Positions 1 through 14,475 of a stretch of 64,000 nt of DNA are shown here, in pieces. The stretch is from Owenia fusiformis. Lineage: Eukaryota. The notes beneath the pieces were generated by a model. That model was given only the letters and a program-made list of their open reading frames with translations. It was not told where the DNA came from and did not search any database. The position numbers and the translations under genes are program-made. Positions within the stretch are counted from its first letter, which is position 1; each line of letters starts with the position of its first letter. The stretch covers positions 12,524,001 through 12,588,000 of the forward strand of contig CAIIXF020000001.1 of the NCBI GenBank assembly GCA_903813345.2, written 5' to 3'.

Positions 1-950
1 ATCTAAGATAATGTAAGAATGGTTGTCTTTAAAATCCAGGCTCATAGCTAATTGGGGGATGGGGAGTTCGGGGGCCAAAGTTCGTTTCACAATCATGCAG
101 TTTCCACCATTCTGAATACCATTTTGATTTTGGGCCAAAATGATCAAATTTGAACCCCTGTCTGAATTTTTTAATGAATGAACCCTCTGATGAACCTCGG
201 CAAAGGCTGACTTTGGGCCTGAATTCCAATCTCTGGTTGTTTGAAAACCATATTACTTGGGTTTTAACATTTTGATATATCAGAGTTTATTTAATGCTTG
301 AGAGAGACTCTAGAGATAGTACAGCTAGGTTATGGATGCCACAATTTGGATTTAATGAAATGTGTTAGTTTGTGTTGCGCCTGTCTGCTCTTTAACCCAT
401 GTTCAGATATTTCAAAGATAAACTAAGCTGATAAAACATGTTAAGGCACCTTGACTTTTTGAAGCACAGCTTTTAGTAGCTGGTAATGCAAACATACAAG
501 ATGATGTATTTCAAGATGAGGTCGAAGGTATGAGTCTCCAAAACATAAGGTATAAAAGCTTCCAAAATCATACCTCTGTAAGGTATGACAATTTGTTACC
601 TTCCTACAAAAAATGTTGTTGTACAGCTATGAGTATCCATTTTTGGCCTCTGTTCAAAAGTGTTAATGTTTAGATACGGTATGCTTAGAGTAAAAGTACC
701 AGTGGTAGTATCTTACTATATTGTATAAAAATATGTGGTATTTCTCCAATTACGGAAATAGAGAAAATGTTTTTTTAAACACATATTTCTTCCAGAACCC
801 AATCTCAATCTACCTTACAAACATGTATACATCCTGTATGTCAAAATTGATATGTGTTGTTTATAGACAAGAAATTGAACATACTGAATATATTTAATGT
901 TATAAAACCTCCTTAAAAATAAATCTTTGTAATTTATATGGGAGGCTTGA

Positions 951-1688
951 AAAGGAGTGGTATCGATATGGAGAACTTTTTGAACACACGTTTCTCTTAA
1001 ACCAGTTATAAAAAAATCTAAAAATTTAACACATCATCAATTTAATGGTCATCTTTTGAATGGTAACAATATAATTTGAAATATATATACGAGAACTTTC
1101 ATCTATATTGTTTTATCAAACACATCAAACACTTGTTTTGTTCTTGGTATCATGTTTCCAGGGTGAAATGAAACATCTTTCCGAACCTCATTGGAACAAA
1201 ACGACATAAACACAACATGTTTAGGTCTCTCAATATTGTAATTGTGCAAAGGAAATTTTGGTTGATTTTAAAAAAGTATCTTGTTAATGAAATAAAAGGT
1301 TTATCATGATTTTTATCTATTTTGGGGGTATTTTGCTTTAATTTTTTGAATACTTTTTTAAAATCAACCAAAAATTCCTTTGTATAACAATAATATTGAG
1401 AGGTCTAGAAACATGTTGTATATGCTATTTTGTTCCAACAAGGTTCGGAAAGACATTTTATTTCATTCTCAAGAATTAGTAGAAAGGAGCAAAAACAATA
1501 GCACTAAAAAACAAAAAATGTTAACAAAAACAGTTATATAAAATATTTCTAAATACTTTTCGCATTAAATTGTTGTCAATCAGTCAACATTACATAAAAT
1601 ACCTTCCTCTTTTACAGAATGTTTTCAATGATTGGTTTAAGAGAAAAACATTGTTGAATTCAGTTCTCCATATCGATACCAATCCTTT
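951..1688. repeat. Long imperfect foldback (palindromic/MITE-like element)
   Basis: Nested inverted arms: aaaggagtggtatcgatatggagaac (951-) vs gttctccatatcgataccaatccttt (-1688); ccgaacct..ggaacaaa (~1181-1200) vs tttgttccaacaaggttcgg (~1428-1447); ttggttgattttaaaaaagtat (~1258) vs atacttttttaaaatcaaccaa (~1350); centre ~1315. Confidence 0.7.
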
Positions 1689-2713
1689 ATTGCTTTTTTT
1701 TGATGTATTATATTTGAATGAAAAAAGAACTATGTATTCCAAATAATTTATTTTCTTTATGTCATTACACTGTTAAACATTAAAAACAGACCATGTATAT
1801 CCATGTTACATCAATTATTGCCAATGCAATAACAAGGGACATAAATAAATATACTTTGTTTTTTCATGTCAACACTATTTGTTATGTATTTTATTCATAA
1901 AAGCCAGTGCAGAAAGGTAATGAGTTTTTAGATAATGCAAAGTAAAATTCATAATTTTTGTATGAAAAGGAAAATACATCGATCAAGATTAATGAGGATG
2001 TATATTATATTTTATTCAACACCTCCATTTTCATCAAAATCACCATAATTATCTTTTATTCATCCAAAATTTAAAATTCAATAGTACTGTTAAAATACAC
2101 TACTCTTACTACATGTACCCGAAAAGTTGGAGCACCAATCATTTGCTCTGTCGTAAGTCAAATTATTAATTCAATATATTTATTTTATTGTAACTTTTTA
2201 TTTCCAAGTTTTATTGACATATACTGCTTTTGATACTAATAAGCCAAATTAATTGGGATTAATTAATATTAAAATGAGTTCCAATCGAGACAGATGTGAT
2301 CAAAATTAATTTTTCATTATGTAAACAGTGACCATGTTACAGAAAATCCTTAAAACTCCTTGGCTTTACTTTTGAAAGTCAGCAAAGATGAAATGTGCCT
2401 GGGTATTTAGGTAAATGTTAACTCCAATGGGCGTTAACCATACTTTTAGTTAACAACGCAATTTCTACATTATCCACCGACATTTAGAGGTATTTCCCTT
2501 TTATTACTCAATTGATTTATCTCCATTACAATTCAATACACTTGTTATCATCTCCCTGGTGATAATTCACAATTTTTAGCATTTATTTGCCATATTTTGA
2601 TCAGTTTAATCCAAAAATATGGCAACATAACTTTTTACTTGTGACTGTTGTTCATTGCAATACCTATGCATATTGAATGTCAAAGTGGATGGTTGAAAGG
2701 TTGAAGCGTTTGA

Positions 2714-2738
2714 CCAATCAGAGCACTGAATGACGTCA
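2714..2738 (+). promoter_or_regulatory. Putative SPEN proximal promoter: CCAAT box plus full CRE
   Basis: CCAAT at 2714-2718 and palindromic TGACGTCA at 2731-2738, ~120 bp upstream of the SPEN ATG in a locally CpG-richer stretch; YY1-like GCCATTTT just inside intron 1 (~2963). Confidence 0.5.
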
Positions 2739-2854
2739 CTTCTACTACACAAGGAAGATTACGAATTTGTGAAGAAGTGCACGAAAAGCAGTTGGAAATA
2801 TGGCTGTTTACACCTAAATGCAATGATTGCTCTGCAACAGACTTGTTTAGGACC

Positions 2855-2937
2855 ATGGTACGAGAAACTAGGTATCTGTTGGTTGGCAATTTACCGGAGA
2901 ATATCGCCGAGGAACGGATTACAGAACACTTTAAACG
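2855..2937 (+). CDS. SPEN: SPEN/split ends (SHARP/MINT) coding exon 1, start of RRM1
   Basis: Encodes MVRETRYLLVGNLPENIAEERITEHFK(R), matching the characteristic SPEN N-terminus MVRETRHLWVGNLPE; ACCATGG start context; phase-2 donor GTGGGT at 2938. Confidence 0.93.
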
Positions 2938-5900
2938 GTGGGTTTTCGTTGAATTTCTGGCGGCCATTTTTCTTGGCCATGAGTTTTCCTATTGCACAAA
3001 GAACACGATTCTGTGTAAAATCTGGAATATTTTACATTATAAACTTATGGATTTACATCACCTAATGTCATTGCAGTTGAACTGGTGTAACTATTTTAAC
3101 AATAAAAAGCACGGTTGTGTGTAAAACGTGCAGTTTGTACTCGTATAAATTATGCCGTTTAACCATTAGATGCTCATAAGATATCAGTTGACGGTGAGAT
3201 TTACTGAAAGAACTTGCCACTGGATTGTTTATCTGTATAAGGATTATCTCATAGAGCTATATGTCATTTTAGGGGACAAAAGTACTGTTATTCATTTGAT
3301 ATTTATTTTACACAAATTGTCTATTCAATGGAATGTCATGAAAACATGGTAATGAAAGATGTTGGAAAGTTCGAAGTTCAGCGAGCAAGCTAAAAAGTAT
3401 GAAAGTCTTATAGATGAGTGTTGGGATATCTTTACTTCACTCACATTGTTTTAAAAGTAGCTTGTACATCCCCATAATGCGTCAATAACAAATGAATAGG
3501 ACTGAAAACTTTGCTATCATGTATTATATCCGTTATGAAATGAATAACCACATGCAAGTAATTGTGGTTTACCATTATGAAATATGACTTGGCTTTGACA
3601 CACCAACATATATAAACAATCCCTTTTCCCTATGTAATACATTCACAAAGAATTTATTTTGTATTTCTATAGTCATATATGGAATTGTTTATCACTACCA
3701 CAATCCATATGGACACTAGGATGGTATTACTCATCTTAGGGAGTCAAAAGATCTACCAATATCTGAGTGGAAACGTCACTTAGTTATGCCTCTGACCCAT
3801 TCATTCATTCCCCATTTAACACTTCACTTACAAAATGTTTAAAGGTAACAATTGTCTAAAGCTGATCAATAGGCATTTATTGCATCTATATCCACTTTTC
3901 AAATTATTTCTTATATAAGACAAGCTTGTAACTTTTTTAAACATTTTGTTCTACACGGTATACATCTGTGGGTACTGGGGGGGTTGGGGGGGTGGGGGTA
4001 GGTAACACAATGACTCGAAGCAGTACTCATTTTTTGGAATTCTTTTGTATCATTCTCCCTCCTTATCTGATCTGACATTGATTTTTGATGGCTTCCCTAA
4101 ATCATCATGACCAAACGTAACATCTTAACAAGTAGATACAACATAATATATTTAGAAGTGTCTATTTCTGACTCAATGTTATACATAGTATATAGATAAA
4201 TAAGCTATATGCTGGATACTGGGATGAATAACCTGTAATCTTGTTGTTTATCGGTTTATTTTTGTTTTTAATATTCTGATTTGTGGCTGTTTTACATTCA
4301 TTACATTTCTAATATAATCAGATATTCCTAAATATTAAATATTCTTCATTTTTTTGAATTACTGGTTATTTAACATCATTATAAAGCCTTTGGCAGTTTA
4401 TGTGTTTTATTGTATATACCTGTATGTGAATGGTGAATGTAATCAGTTCCATTATAATTGTAATTAACTCCATCTGGATATACTAATTATTACCTGTGGA
4501 GTTTGACCCAAGTTTATCACCAGTCTATGACTATAATTAGGACCCAAATATATACTTTTTCATGTAACAGTGTCACATAACATAAAATCAAACTTTCCAT
4601 ATTTATAATATTGAAGTTAAAGCTATTAAGTCTGTTACTTATTATGTGGAGTTTTGCGTCATACCTAGGGCACTGTGGTGATAAATTACATCGTAGCCAT
4701 GACGATTTATCATTGAAATTAAAATAAGTAGATTCTTGAGAACAATACACATGTTACCTCGATCATTCTCTAGGCTATTCAATACTACCTATTATCCGAG
4801 CCTAGGACTGGGTATTAATAATATATCATAGTAAATTGATGGTTACCAACAATGGTTGTTTATCGGGTTTGGGTAAGGCCATTATAAAAAAGAGCCATTA
4901 AGGGATGGTTATTTAGCAGTAAATGTCCATTAGTGTTCTCAGGTACATGATGTTTTTAAATGTTCACCCATTGGTGTTATATTTCTCTTAGCAATAAAAG
5001 AATTGTATACCTAGTTTATAACTACCAATATAAAATCCTTTAGTCAACAATGAATCTAGGGAATGAAAGAAATCTCAAAGGTAAAACCTCCAACTTTTAT
5101 TGGTTTTCAGTTAGAGTCTATTGATTCGAGTTGTGTTGTTTACTGGCTTATATATCATTCTAGTGCTTGAATATACCACTAGGATTACATATTTCCTTCA
5201 ATGCGTTTATTGTATGATTTGGCTCACATAAAACTTTTGGTCTTTTCACTTTCCATTCTGCTTTGTAATTACACGTTACAGTTCACAAACTGTAATAGAG
5301 TTACGAGTTAAATTTGGCAAAGTTTTGAATACGTACTGCCAAAATGGCGAAAATGAACTGTCAACATTATGTTGATACTGCCTTAGAGCTATAACAGTTA
5401 AGTTGTTAACTCTTACCATGTTATCTTGTTAACTCTTAGCATACAATTTGGAAATTTTATTTGTTTGAAAATAGCATGAGATTAAACCAGTAATTGCTCA
5501 TGAAGTAATAAAGCTGAAAGTAGGAACTGCTGATTATTGCTGTTAATGTACATAGAGCTCTAATTTAGCTTAATAAACACTCTTATGACGTCAATCATGG
5601 CATTTCAAATTGGAAGCCGCAATTTGATTTGGGACTAGGCGACCTGCAGAATATAGGCTATATTAGGGGTGTTGGGTTAGTCTATCAGAGAAGGGGTGTT
5701 TTCGACTAATTTCTCGCCATATGTTATGTACCTGCCTACCATTAAATCTTGACCAGAATATTTGTTATATTTTTTGAGATGTCAAAAAGGAAAGTTTCAT
5801 AAATCTTAATATTCCATATATGTTGACATTGTTGATACAATTGTTTTGCTCTTATGTCCTTTTACAGAAATTTCATAACAATGGGTTTCTCAGAACACAA

Positions 5901-7125
5901 GTTACATTTCTTAATGTATGAGTGATACTTTAAAGCATAAATGTGATCAATCTAATACTTCAAACTGTTATCTTGTCCACTTGTTCAGATATATGGATAC
6001 TGTTGGTTCTTTTGTTTATCTTTTAGTTCCAAAGTTCAGGAGGCAAAATGCCAGTATGATAAGGCTCATAATCACATACAATACATTAGCCATGTTCAAT
6101 GTTCATTCTTATGATGCTAGTAAAATACGTATGAACCTGTAAAGATGTTAACACAGTTCTATTAAAGTTGTTTACGAAGCCTCTGTGGTATTGCATGTGA
6201 AAGCAAAAGTACTGAACATATTTAAGTGTGTAGCATATGTTCATGAGTTTTGCATGTAAAGATAAATTAGATATACTAGTAAACAGGTTTTAAGTGAAAA
6301 GGCCAGGTTAAACTATTCCATATGCTCAGCCTAGTCTTTACTTCCACATCATCACTAAACCAATATGGCTGCCACTTACAACACAACCCATTCTCAACAG
6401 TTTCCGTTATCTGTAACATTAAAGCATCTTATCATGTTGTAGATTATGTTAATAGTCTCGACTGATTGGGCTTCAGGTAAGACAAAGTGAACATATATCC
6501 ATATTGAATTTCAATGAAATCTATGTGTATTAACACGAAATAATGATGCCTCGTGTTTATATGGTACATGTATACACGTTTAGAGTTCAGCTAGAAGCTC
6601 TAGCTCTGGTGTGATCAATACTGATGTATAAAGGCTCCAAGCTACAATCAATAATCATGTGACTGTTATCGTGTTTTCATGTAAAGGTTAGCTGTCTCTA
6701 TAACCAGATAGTTAGCTCTTGGCACGTAGCCAGCATAAATCAATACAGGCTTTTATTACAGGCCTGTTATATTAACAGACTCAACCTAAATTGCCTGCTT
6801 GCGATATTGCCTGTTTTAATAAAAGTCGGCCATCTTGATTTTATTTCGACGTGTATACTACTAAGGACTGCATTGAAAGTTAAACGGTTTAGAGATAAGC
6901 CTCTCAAATCTTGTAACAACTGGCAATAATAAGAAACAATCCATCTTAAGCTGTTGCATAATTGTAATCTAAATCTGGATTACAATATACGAGTTTAGAA
7001 ATGTATATTTATTGGGTTTAGGGTGGCCTATCTATGTTACCCCCATTGGTGTATGTGTGTGTAAGAATGAGATATAGCTGCATGTGTTTTCAGACTTCAA
7101 TATATCGGGTTATGATGAACAGTAA

Positions 7126-7329
7126 TGTACCAATCCATCATATACGTAAACATATATTTCGGTATATGTACCAATCCATCATATACGTAAACATATATTT
7201 CGGTATATGTACCAATCCATCATATACGTAAACATATATTTCGGTATATGTACCAATCCATCATATACGTAAACATATATTTCGGTATATGTACCAATCC
7301 ATCATATACGTAAACATATATTTCGGTAT
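7126..7329. repeat. 41-bp minisatellite, ~5 copies
   Basis: Unit tgtaccaatccatcatatacgtaaacatatatttcggtata repeated head-to-tail in SPEN intron 1. Confidence 0.95.
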
Positions 7330-8042
7330 GTTATAATGCTATGAGAATCTTTGTTGCTGGGAAAGTGAACTAGGTTCTAATTTAGGCTAGAGGTGAAAGC
7401 TTGAGGTTATAGCAGCTGTATTGTATCATACATAAATAACTACCCTATTATAAATTGATAATCATTACCTACATATATACAGAGGGTCTCAATTAGTGGT
7501 AAACACCTGGGAATATGAGATGTTAACATTTTATGAGTTTTTCAGTATGTTACCTCTTTGGCCTTTGTCTCAAATTAACATAGGGCACCAGAGGGCCCCA
7601 ATGAGAACAAAGCCTAGACATGATGAATAATGTAAAATACTCCATGCAATATTGTAATTAGCACAACTCATTAGTATGCATGAACATCCTACTGTTACAT
7701 CATTATTTACTGAATGGCAGTGAATATTTAAGTTGCTTGTGTTAATTGCGATTCAGTTGAAATATACATTTGTTGCTGACCAAATCTTTTCATTTTTCAT
7801 ATCGTCATCTATTTTTTCTCCTTGTGAAAGACTGAATTAGTAAATTTTCCTGTTAGATTGAAAATAGAAATATTATGTTTGAAAATGAATATCATGTTAT
7901 AGGCCTAAATGTTTAAGTATTTCTCTTGGTATTTCTGTCTTATGATTGTAATATATAGAGTACATGCATCATGTACATGTATGTTTTAATTACAATTATA
8001 TATAATGTCTTATTTTTATGTTTCGCCCCTTGTTTGTTACAG

Positions 8043-8381
8043 ATATGGAAAGATTCACTTTGTCAAGCTTCAACCCAAGAGGGATGACATGCACCTTGCT
8101 ATTATTGCATTCATGGATATCAAATGCGCTGCAAAGGCATATAGTTCTGACAATGAGATTGATGGAACAAAGGTTGTGACTGATTACAATGACTCTGGAA
8201 CAACTGTCAGTAGCACAGCAAACTTGGTGGCAAAAGCTAAAGAAGTTGCAGCCAGTATTCCTGTAACTAAAGACCGAGAGATATCTCCTAAAGCTGAACC
8301 CAGACGTGATGGTGATTCACAACAAAAAGGAGCACATTATGGAACTCAACGATCTAGTGGCTTCTCAAGCCGCTCAGAGGG
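8043..8381 (+). CDS. SPEN: SPEN coding exon 2 (rest of RRM1 and linker)
   Basis: Acceptor ttacAG; CG|A joins exon 1 in frame to give HFKRYGKIHFVKLQPKR..AIIAFMDIKCAAKAY (RRM); donor GG|GTAAGT, phase 2. Confidence 0.92.
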
Positions 8382-11300
8382 GTAAGTTTGAAGGGATTGT
8401 TACAGTAACGAAACATAACACGGTAGTCGGGAAGTGCATGGATAGCACGTCCCCAGTCTAAAAGGGTAGTGGATTATATGCTGTTATGTTAATGGTATGG
8501 TGTATCAAGTAGCATAGAACAGAGGTAACTTTTAACATACATTAACTTGAGTTTTCAGGGTTCTTTCTTTGATATCATAGATACATGTAAGTACAAGTAT
8601 GAGTGATTGTGTTTGCTTAACTGCTGACTCTACAAGCTTTTTCAGTGGAGTAGCTAACATAGTTTTAGCCATAGAACACAAGGGATACATACATTGGGGG
8701 CCCTCTTTTACGAGGATTTCCTTCCTCCACGTACTTGACTCATTTTTACCCATTGGGATTTCATAGCTGCAAAATCGAACATGTTCTCAAATCGTTAAAT
8801 GGATTACATTAAGACACCATGTTCGGATTACCTTGATTTCTTTATCCTACCTCTACATCCACTCACTGTTGTTGTGTATTGTAATGTTGTCATTGTACAG
8901 TGTGGCCTGGACCACCATCTTTACATGGCCAGGTAGCACTTCCCATTTTATATTTGGATTAATAAAATATAATTTAAAAACAAACATGTTGACTTAGTTT
9001 TATTTGGATTATGATTTACTTCGCATCAATTTGGATTAACCACAATGGGAGATGGATTTACAGCAAACATTTTAAGTTCACTACTGGCTTTTATTTTGGG
9101 ATTACATTTTGGGAATTCATCTATATGTGTGGTAGATACTCGGATTTTACTTCAACGGCGTCATGTGGATTATTTAAAGCTACCTTACAATTACCTTGGA
9201 TGTTGACAAGCGACGCTGGTATACTTGGATTAACTAAATCACACATGGATTTTGGATTACCTGTATAATAGTGATGTGAACATCCTTCATGTGGATTTAC
9301 ACCAGATGGACACCATATAGCCGTCTGCTTGCCAATTTTTGTTAATTTCAGGACTATTATTTTCATTAATATATATTTTCATAATACAGAAAATCATATT
9401 AAACTAATGCTGATTTGATGATTATGTCCTTCATTGACTTTTCACCTTTGAAATTTGTGTTCAGCGTGTTGGGTTTTTGAGGTAACGGCAATGTGGATAT
9501 TTATACAACACTTGAGAAGTGAAGGCCTTGATGCAAGATGTGAAGCACTCTTTAACATATGGAACCTGAACCAAACCATGCTGATAATGCACAAGTACCT
9601 GATACACTATCAGTAGAACTGTAGAAGTCTTCTACCAGAGATCCCTAGGCATGTGGAGCTGCCAAAAATAGCCCTACTAATCGAACTGCCTGCCTGGGTT
9701 GTTTACCATGCAACTCTTAGGAATTTTACTCTAAGTCTGGTATATGGGCGATTTTGGAAGTTGGCCAGATGCCCTGCTATCTTACTGCAGTACTTCCTAT
9801 AGGGCTTGTCAGATTTCTAGCACAAACATCTTTATGTCTAACAGGGCAGGGATAGGCAATCTGATTATGTTATAGGATTTCAGAAACAAAAAATAGAGCA
9901 GAGGATCTGACACTTAGTCATTTTCAGTTTAACAAGCAGCGGCTTCTGCAGGAGATTGTTTTAACCTTTAGTAACGCCTTTTTGAATTGTGAATATTGTT
10001 AGTAATGTTTGGTCTGTCTGCCTATTCAAATATTATATTATGATATATTATAATCATGAAACTTTGGTTCATTAGGTTTTAATAATGTAAGAATTTTATA
10101 AAATAAACTTTAATTCATATCTTTGATTTCCAAGGGTGAAATCAGGTTTGATAAGGCTGTGAAATTCTGTATGTTAATGTGGACTTATAAGCAAAATGAT
10201 AATGAATGGGGAACTTGACAAAACAATAGATATACAAACATAACTCATTAATAAACTTGAATATTGGCATTTTATATTGTGAAATGACGATCGATCGATG
10301 CAGCTATAATTAGTAAAAACATGATATCATCAGAATATGAAGGTGCCCTTCATGTATCAGTTGGCTAAAGGAAAGGCATTTATGTATGAACGTGAATATA
10401 TGCTAGTAAAACTGAATAGTGGAATGGTATTCTCGGCTCATATGTCAACATTATAGTCCTTGATAGCTTCAGATTATATTACAACATATAGGGTTCCTTT
10501 ATGTCATTGTCTTGATTTGATCACGTTCATTCTCAGAATAGTCTTCTTAATTTACATAAGGTACTATTTTTTTAACCTGAGACGATTGTTTTTTTGAATT
10601 AGATCATGGACAAGTTATTTTATGAAATGTCAGAGTTTGTCTCGATTATCTGCTGGCAATATCCATTGACAATTGCAATTATAGAAAAGATTTCAGTTCT
10701 GTATAGATTAACATTGCTATGGAAACTAGCATAATTAGTTGGGTTCAATGGTAGAGATAGGGTGGATATTAAACCTTGTGATACAATGGTAGCTACGAGC
10801 TACTTGAGACTGTCTATGTCAGTTGTTTGTTACAGCAGCCATTTTGTTTTTATATTATTAACCTGTTGTATTTTCATATTGTTCTGTTATTTTTTATTAT
10901 GACTATTTAAATGTTAATCAGATACTTGATGTTTATTTTGAGATATTTAATTTTTGAAATATATTTCATCAAACAACACAAATGTTATGTACTTCAGTAT
11001 ATTTTATAGATTTTCAATAAAATGACATGTTTTATAACCATATTGACTTTTACATTATTTATGTATAAGGTAACATTCTCGTGCAATTTAACGGCTAAAT
11101 GTATTGATTAATGATCGCAGCTCATAATGCGACTTATGGCAGTATTTGGGTTAAAAATGAGTCATATTTAGTCCCTGGTGTTTAAACCACAAGGTAAACA
11201 TACCCAGTGCTTCTATGGTTAAAGCAAACATTTCAATCTGACAGTACCAGACTTGATGGATCAGAAAATAGCAACACCATACCATTTCTAGCTTAAAAAG

Positions 11301-14277
11301 TTCAGTTTACAATCAGCTGATATATGAACCACATTCAGGCTAACAGTATGGGTGGACTAAAAATTTGACATAACACAGAGTACATTGTATACTTGGTTGA
11401 AATTAACGAGGTGGTCTTATAAACAAAAGACAATCTATTTCAGTTCAGTGTCACTACATAAATTAAACTCACTGAATAATATCAGTATAAAGGATATGAA
11501 TTCATAAACTGATAGATTGAACCTGGTCTTTGTTTCAAATTCACCTGTCTCCTGTTAAAGCCATTGTGTCGCGTGTTTGTGGGTTAAAATGAAACCGGGC
11601 TCGTTTCATCATCTGTTAGTACAAAGAATCCTGTTAGGTGAAATGTGAACTGAAAAATGGAAGTGGAAATGATACTTAGTTCATGGCGTACCCTGTTATT
11701 TATCATCATCATCATCATCGCCTTACTTCATTCACTACCTCAAGCTATTTCATATTCACAATGTTTTTTCCTTTATATTCCTGAGTTAACATTTAATGGC
11801 GGATTTTATGGCTTGCCTGCCTTGCCAAGGTTTGATGTTAATAAATCATTGGGAATATTCATGTCAAGTTATTCATTGCTGTTCTGTATGGAGGTAGTCA
11901 ACCAAAATATAGTATGTAAAAACCCGCCTATTTTATATTCATCAGTGTAGTAAATGACTGAATGCTAGCTTTTGGTCCCTTTATAGAGCACATAGAGAGA
12001 AAATATGGAGTTTCGCCAGTGGTTTAATGGTTTGAAAGCCTATTATATTTGTTAATGGGTCATTATTGGTATGATTGCAGTGGTCTGGATAAAACGTGAT
12101 ATTGGTTGAAAGTGGATGTGTCATACAGTGCAAAAAAGTCTTTCATAATTCATTCTTCCATCAAATATTTGATCATCAGTGTTTCGGCTTTATGTATAGG
12201 TTTTTGTGGACTAAAATTTCCCTGGATCATAACCCTGGTGGTGTCTATTGATCAGTGTCTTGAAAAATAAGACCCATTCAATGGATTAAATGCTTCTTGT
12301 ACATATTGAATAGGGAATAACACAGACCATTTTGTGGCGTGATATTTCTAGACTGTATGTTAAAAAGGCAATATTGAGCGAGTGTTTCATAGTTATAAGC
12401 TGAAGTGAATAACGGACTGAATATCGATTGCCTGTGTTATTATAAAAGTGTTTACCAGCTTGAGGCTATGTCAGACAAAAACAACTATGGTTTGACTTGA
12501 CTAACTTATTAATTTTTTGCCATTTTTTATTCTGGTCATATGTTTCATGTTTTCATCATAAACCTTAGAACCTTGTCTTGGTATAAAATATACACCTAAT
12601 GATATATTCTAAGAAGCCATTGTATTAAGGCGAATGAATAAGCTAATATAGTATATTTGTCTCTCATTTTCATCAATGATTTCAGCGAAATGTGGTACAA
12701 AAATTATTTTGTAATATGAATCTAGGATTACAACATGCAGTTATATACACCATAGGTTTCTGGTAAACCTTGATATTGCACAACTTCCCCTGTTGCATAT
12801 ATTATTACCTCAGCACTATAACCATATGTTAATTGCGATTGATGCCATATTGGAATTGTATGTAATTATATATGGTTGCTACATAACAGCAGGGATAACT
12901 TGGGCCCTTTAGTTGAACATCACAAGTTGAACATCCTGAACTCGTGTGATCTGAATTCATCCAATAATAAATTAACAAAGGATATAAGGTTAGACTCCCA
13001 TTTTCCATAAACTTTTCCTATTTGTGGTGGTTACAGTTATTATTTACGTAGCAATGTCTATTAGATAAAACATGATATCATCATCACCATTTTATATAAG
13101 GAAGCGACTAAGATGTACTTGAAGTTGTTCATTGATTCATTGACAAGTAAAATACAGAAAATAAAAAAATGTATATCACACGGATCCTTTTGACCTGGGA
13201 TGGTGGCTGGGTTTTATAGACTGGATAAAACAATTTGTTAAGCTATTGAGAAATACGAGCATTGTTGTTTTCACAAACATATAACAAAACAATAACATTG
13301 TTTTTGCCATATAAATACAAAACCAAGACAACTAAATTAGGTCCTCTCAAATTGTGAACAACACCGTCTTAATAATACATCTGGCAGAATAACAACATGC
13401 ATGCAAAAACAGAGTTGCATGGTTGCGAGTTTGTTGGCAGTCTGTTGCATATTTGGTGTCTGCCACGTCTGCAGTACATTATGACAATGGCTTTAATGAA
13501 TTAAACATTATTGCTATCAATGGAAACATAACATATCAATAATGCATGAGGATTTCTTGAAATTACTTTTGTCAATATCCCAATATTTAGTCCTACAGTA
13601 AAACCTTTGAACATATGGTTGATTGAAATATTAAGGTGGGCAAAAAAGAATGAATAATCTGACTTTGACCATATTTAAATTCTTAAGGTATCTTACAAGG
13701 ATGTGCATCTACAACTACTATCATAGGCTTGAGATTTATAAATATCAACTATCTACGTAAATACATATATCTTCAGCCATTATCATGAGCTTTCAATATG
13801 TAATTTGTCTACCATTATAAATTGAACATATAGAAAACAGATGATATAAACATGAATCAAAAACATTAAAGTATCAGCTACAATTGATTTAGCCATATGT
13901 GTGTAAAACAAATTGCACTATGAATTGTATTCTTGTTCAAATAATACCACACTTTATAGAACATTAACTTCATACAGCTGTTACAAATACCACTGACATC
14001 AGCTATATTTTTACATATCGCTACGTATTTCCTGATTATTCAGAATTTCAGTATGTACACCATTTGGTTACAGTAACCTTGAGTTAAAGGGGATTGTCAT
14101 CAGAATTTCACGAAAATCCTCCTTCTTTGCAGCATGTCCTTCTTGAATTATAGATTGTATGCCCTTTGTTACTGTGATACCTCCATTCCAAACCCCAGGG
14201 GGTGATATTATACGACCTTTATAAATAACATTAACTTTTTCTTATGCCGGTTTTTAAGATTCTGTAAATAACCGTCA

Positions 14278-14475
14278 CAGTGAAATCTGAGTATAGCAAA
14301 CACCGAGAGAGCTGTAAGTGTTAGCTACATATATTTTAAGATTTCAAGTTTGGAAACACGGGTGTCCAGTAATCAATAGACAAATGTATATTGTAATTCC
14401 TTTTGGGATTCAGAAAATATATAAGAAGTTTACAGTAGAGTACAGTAGAGGTGTTCACTATGACTGGTTTCACTG
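14278..14475. mobile_element. Degenerate Tc1/mariner(pogo)-type MITE
   Basis: Termini CAGTGAAA...TTTCACTG followed by TA; resembles the element at 60973-61130. Confidence 0.5.

Noticed and set aside
2680-3124. Overlapping ORFs 2680-2967(-), 2730-3065(+) and the N/C extensions of 2777-3124
   Set aside because: Only 2855-2937 matches SPEN; the rest is 5'UTR or intron read-through and shadow frames.
9465-9481. Possible 17-nt frameshifting microexon in SPEN intron 2 (ttcAG...GAG|GTAACG)
   Set aside because: Splice-like signals of this size arise by chance; no independent evidence.
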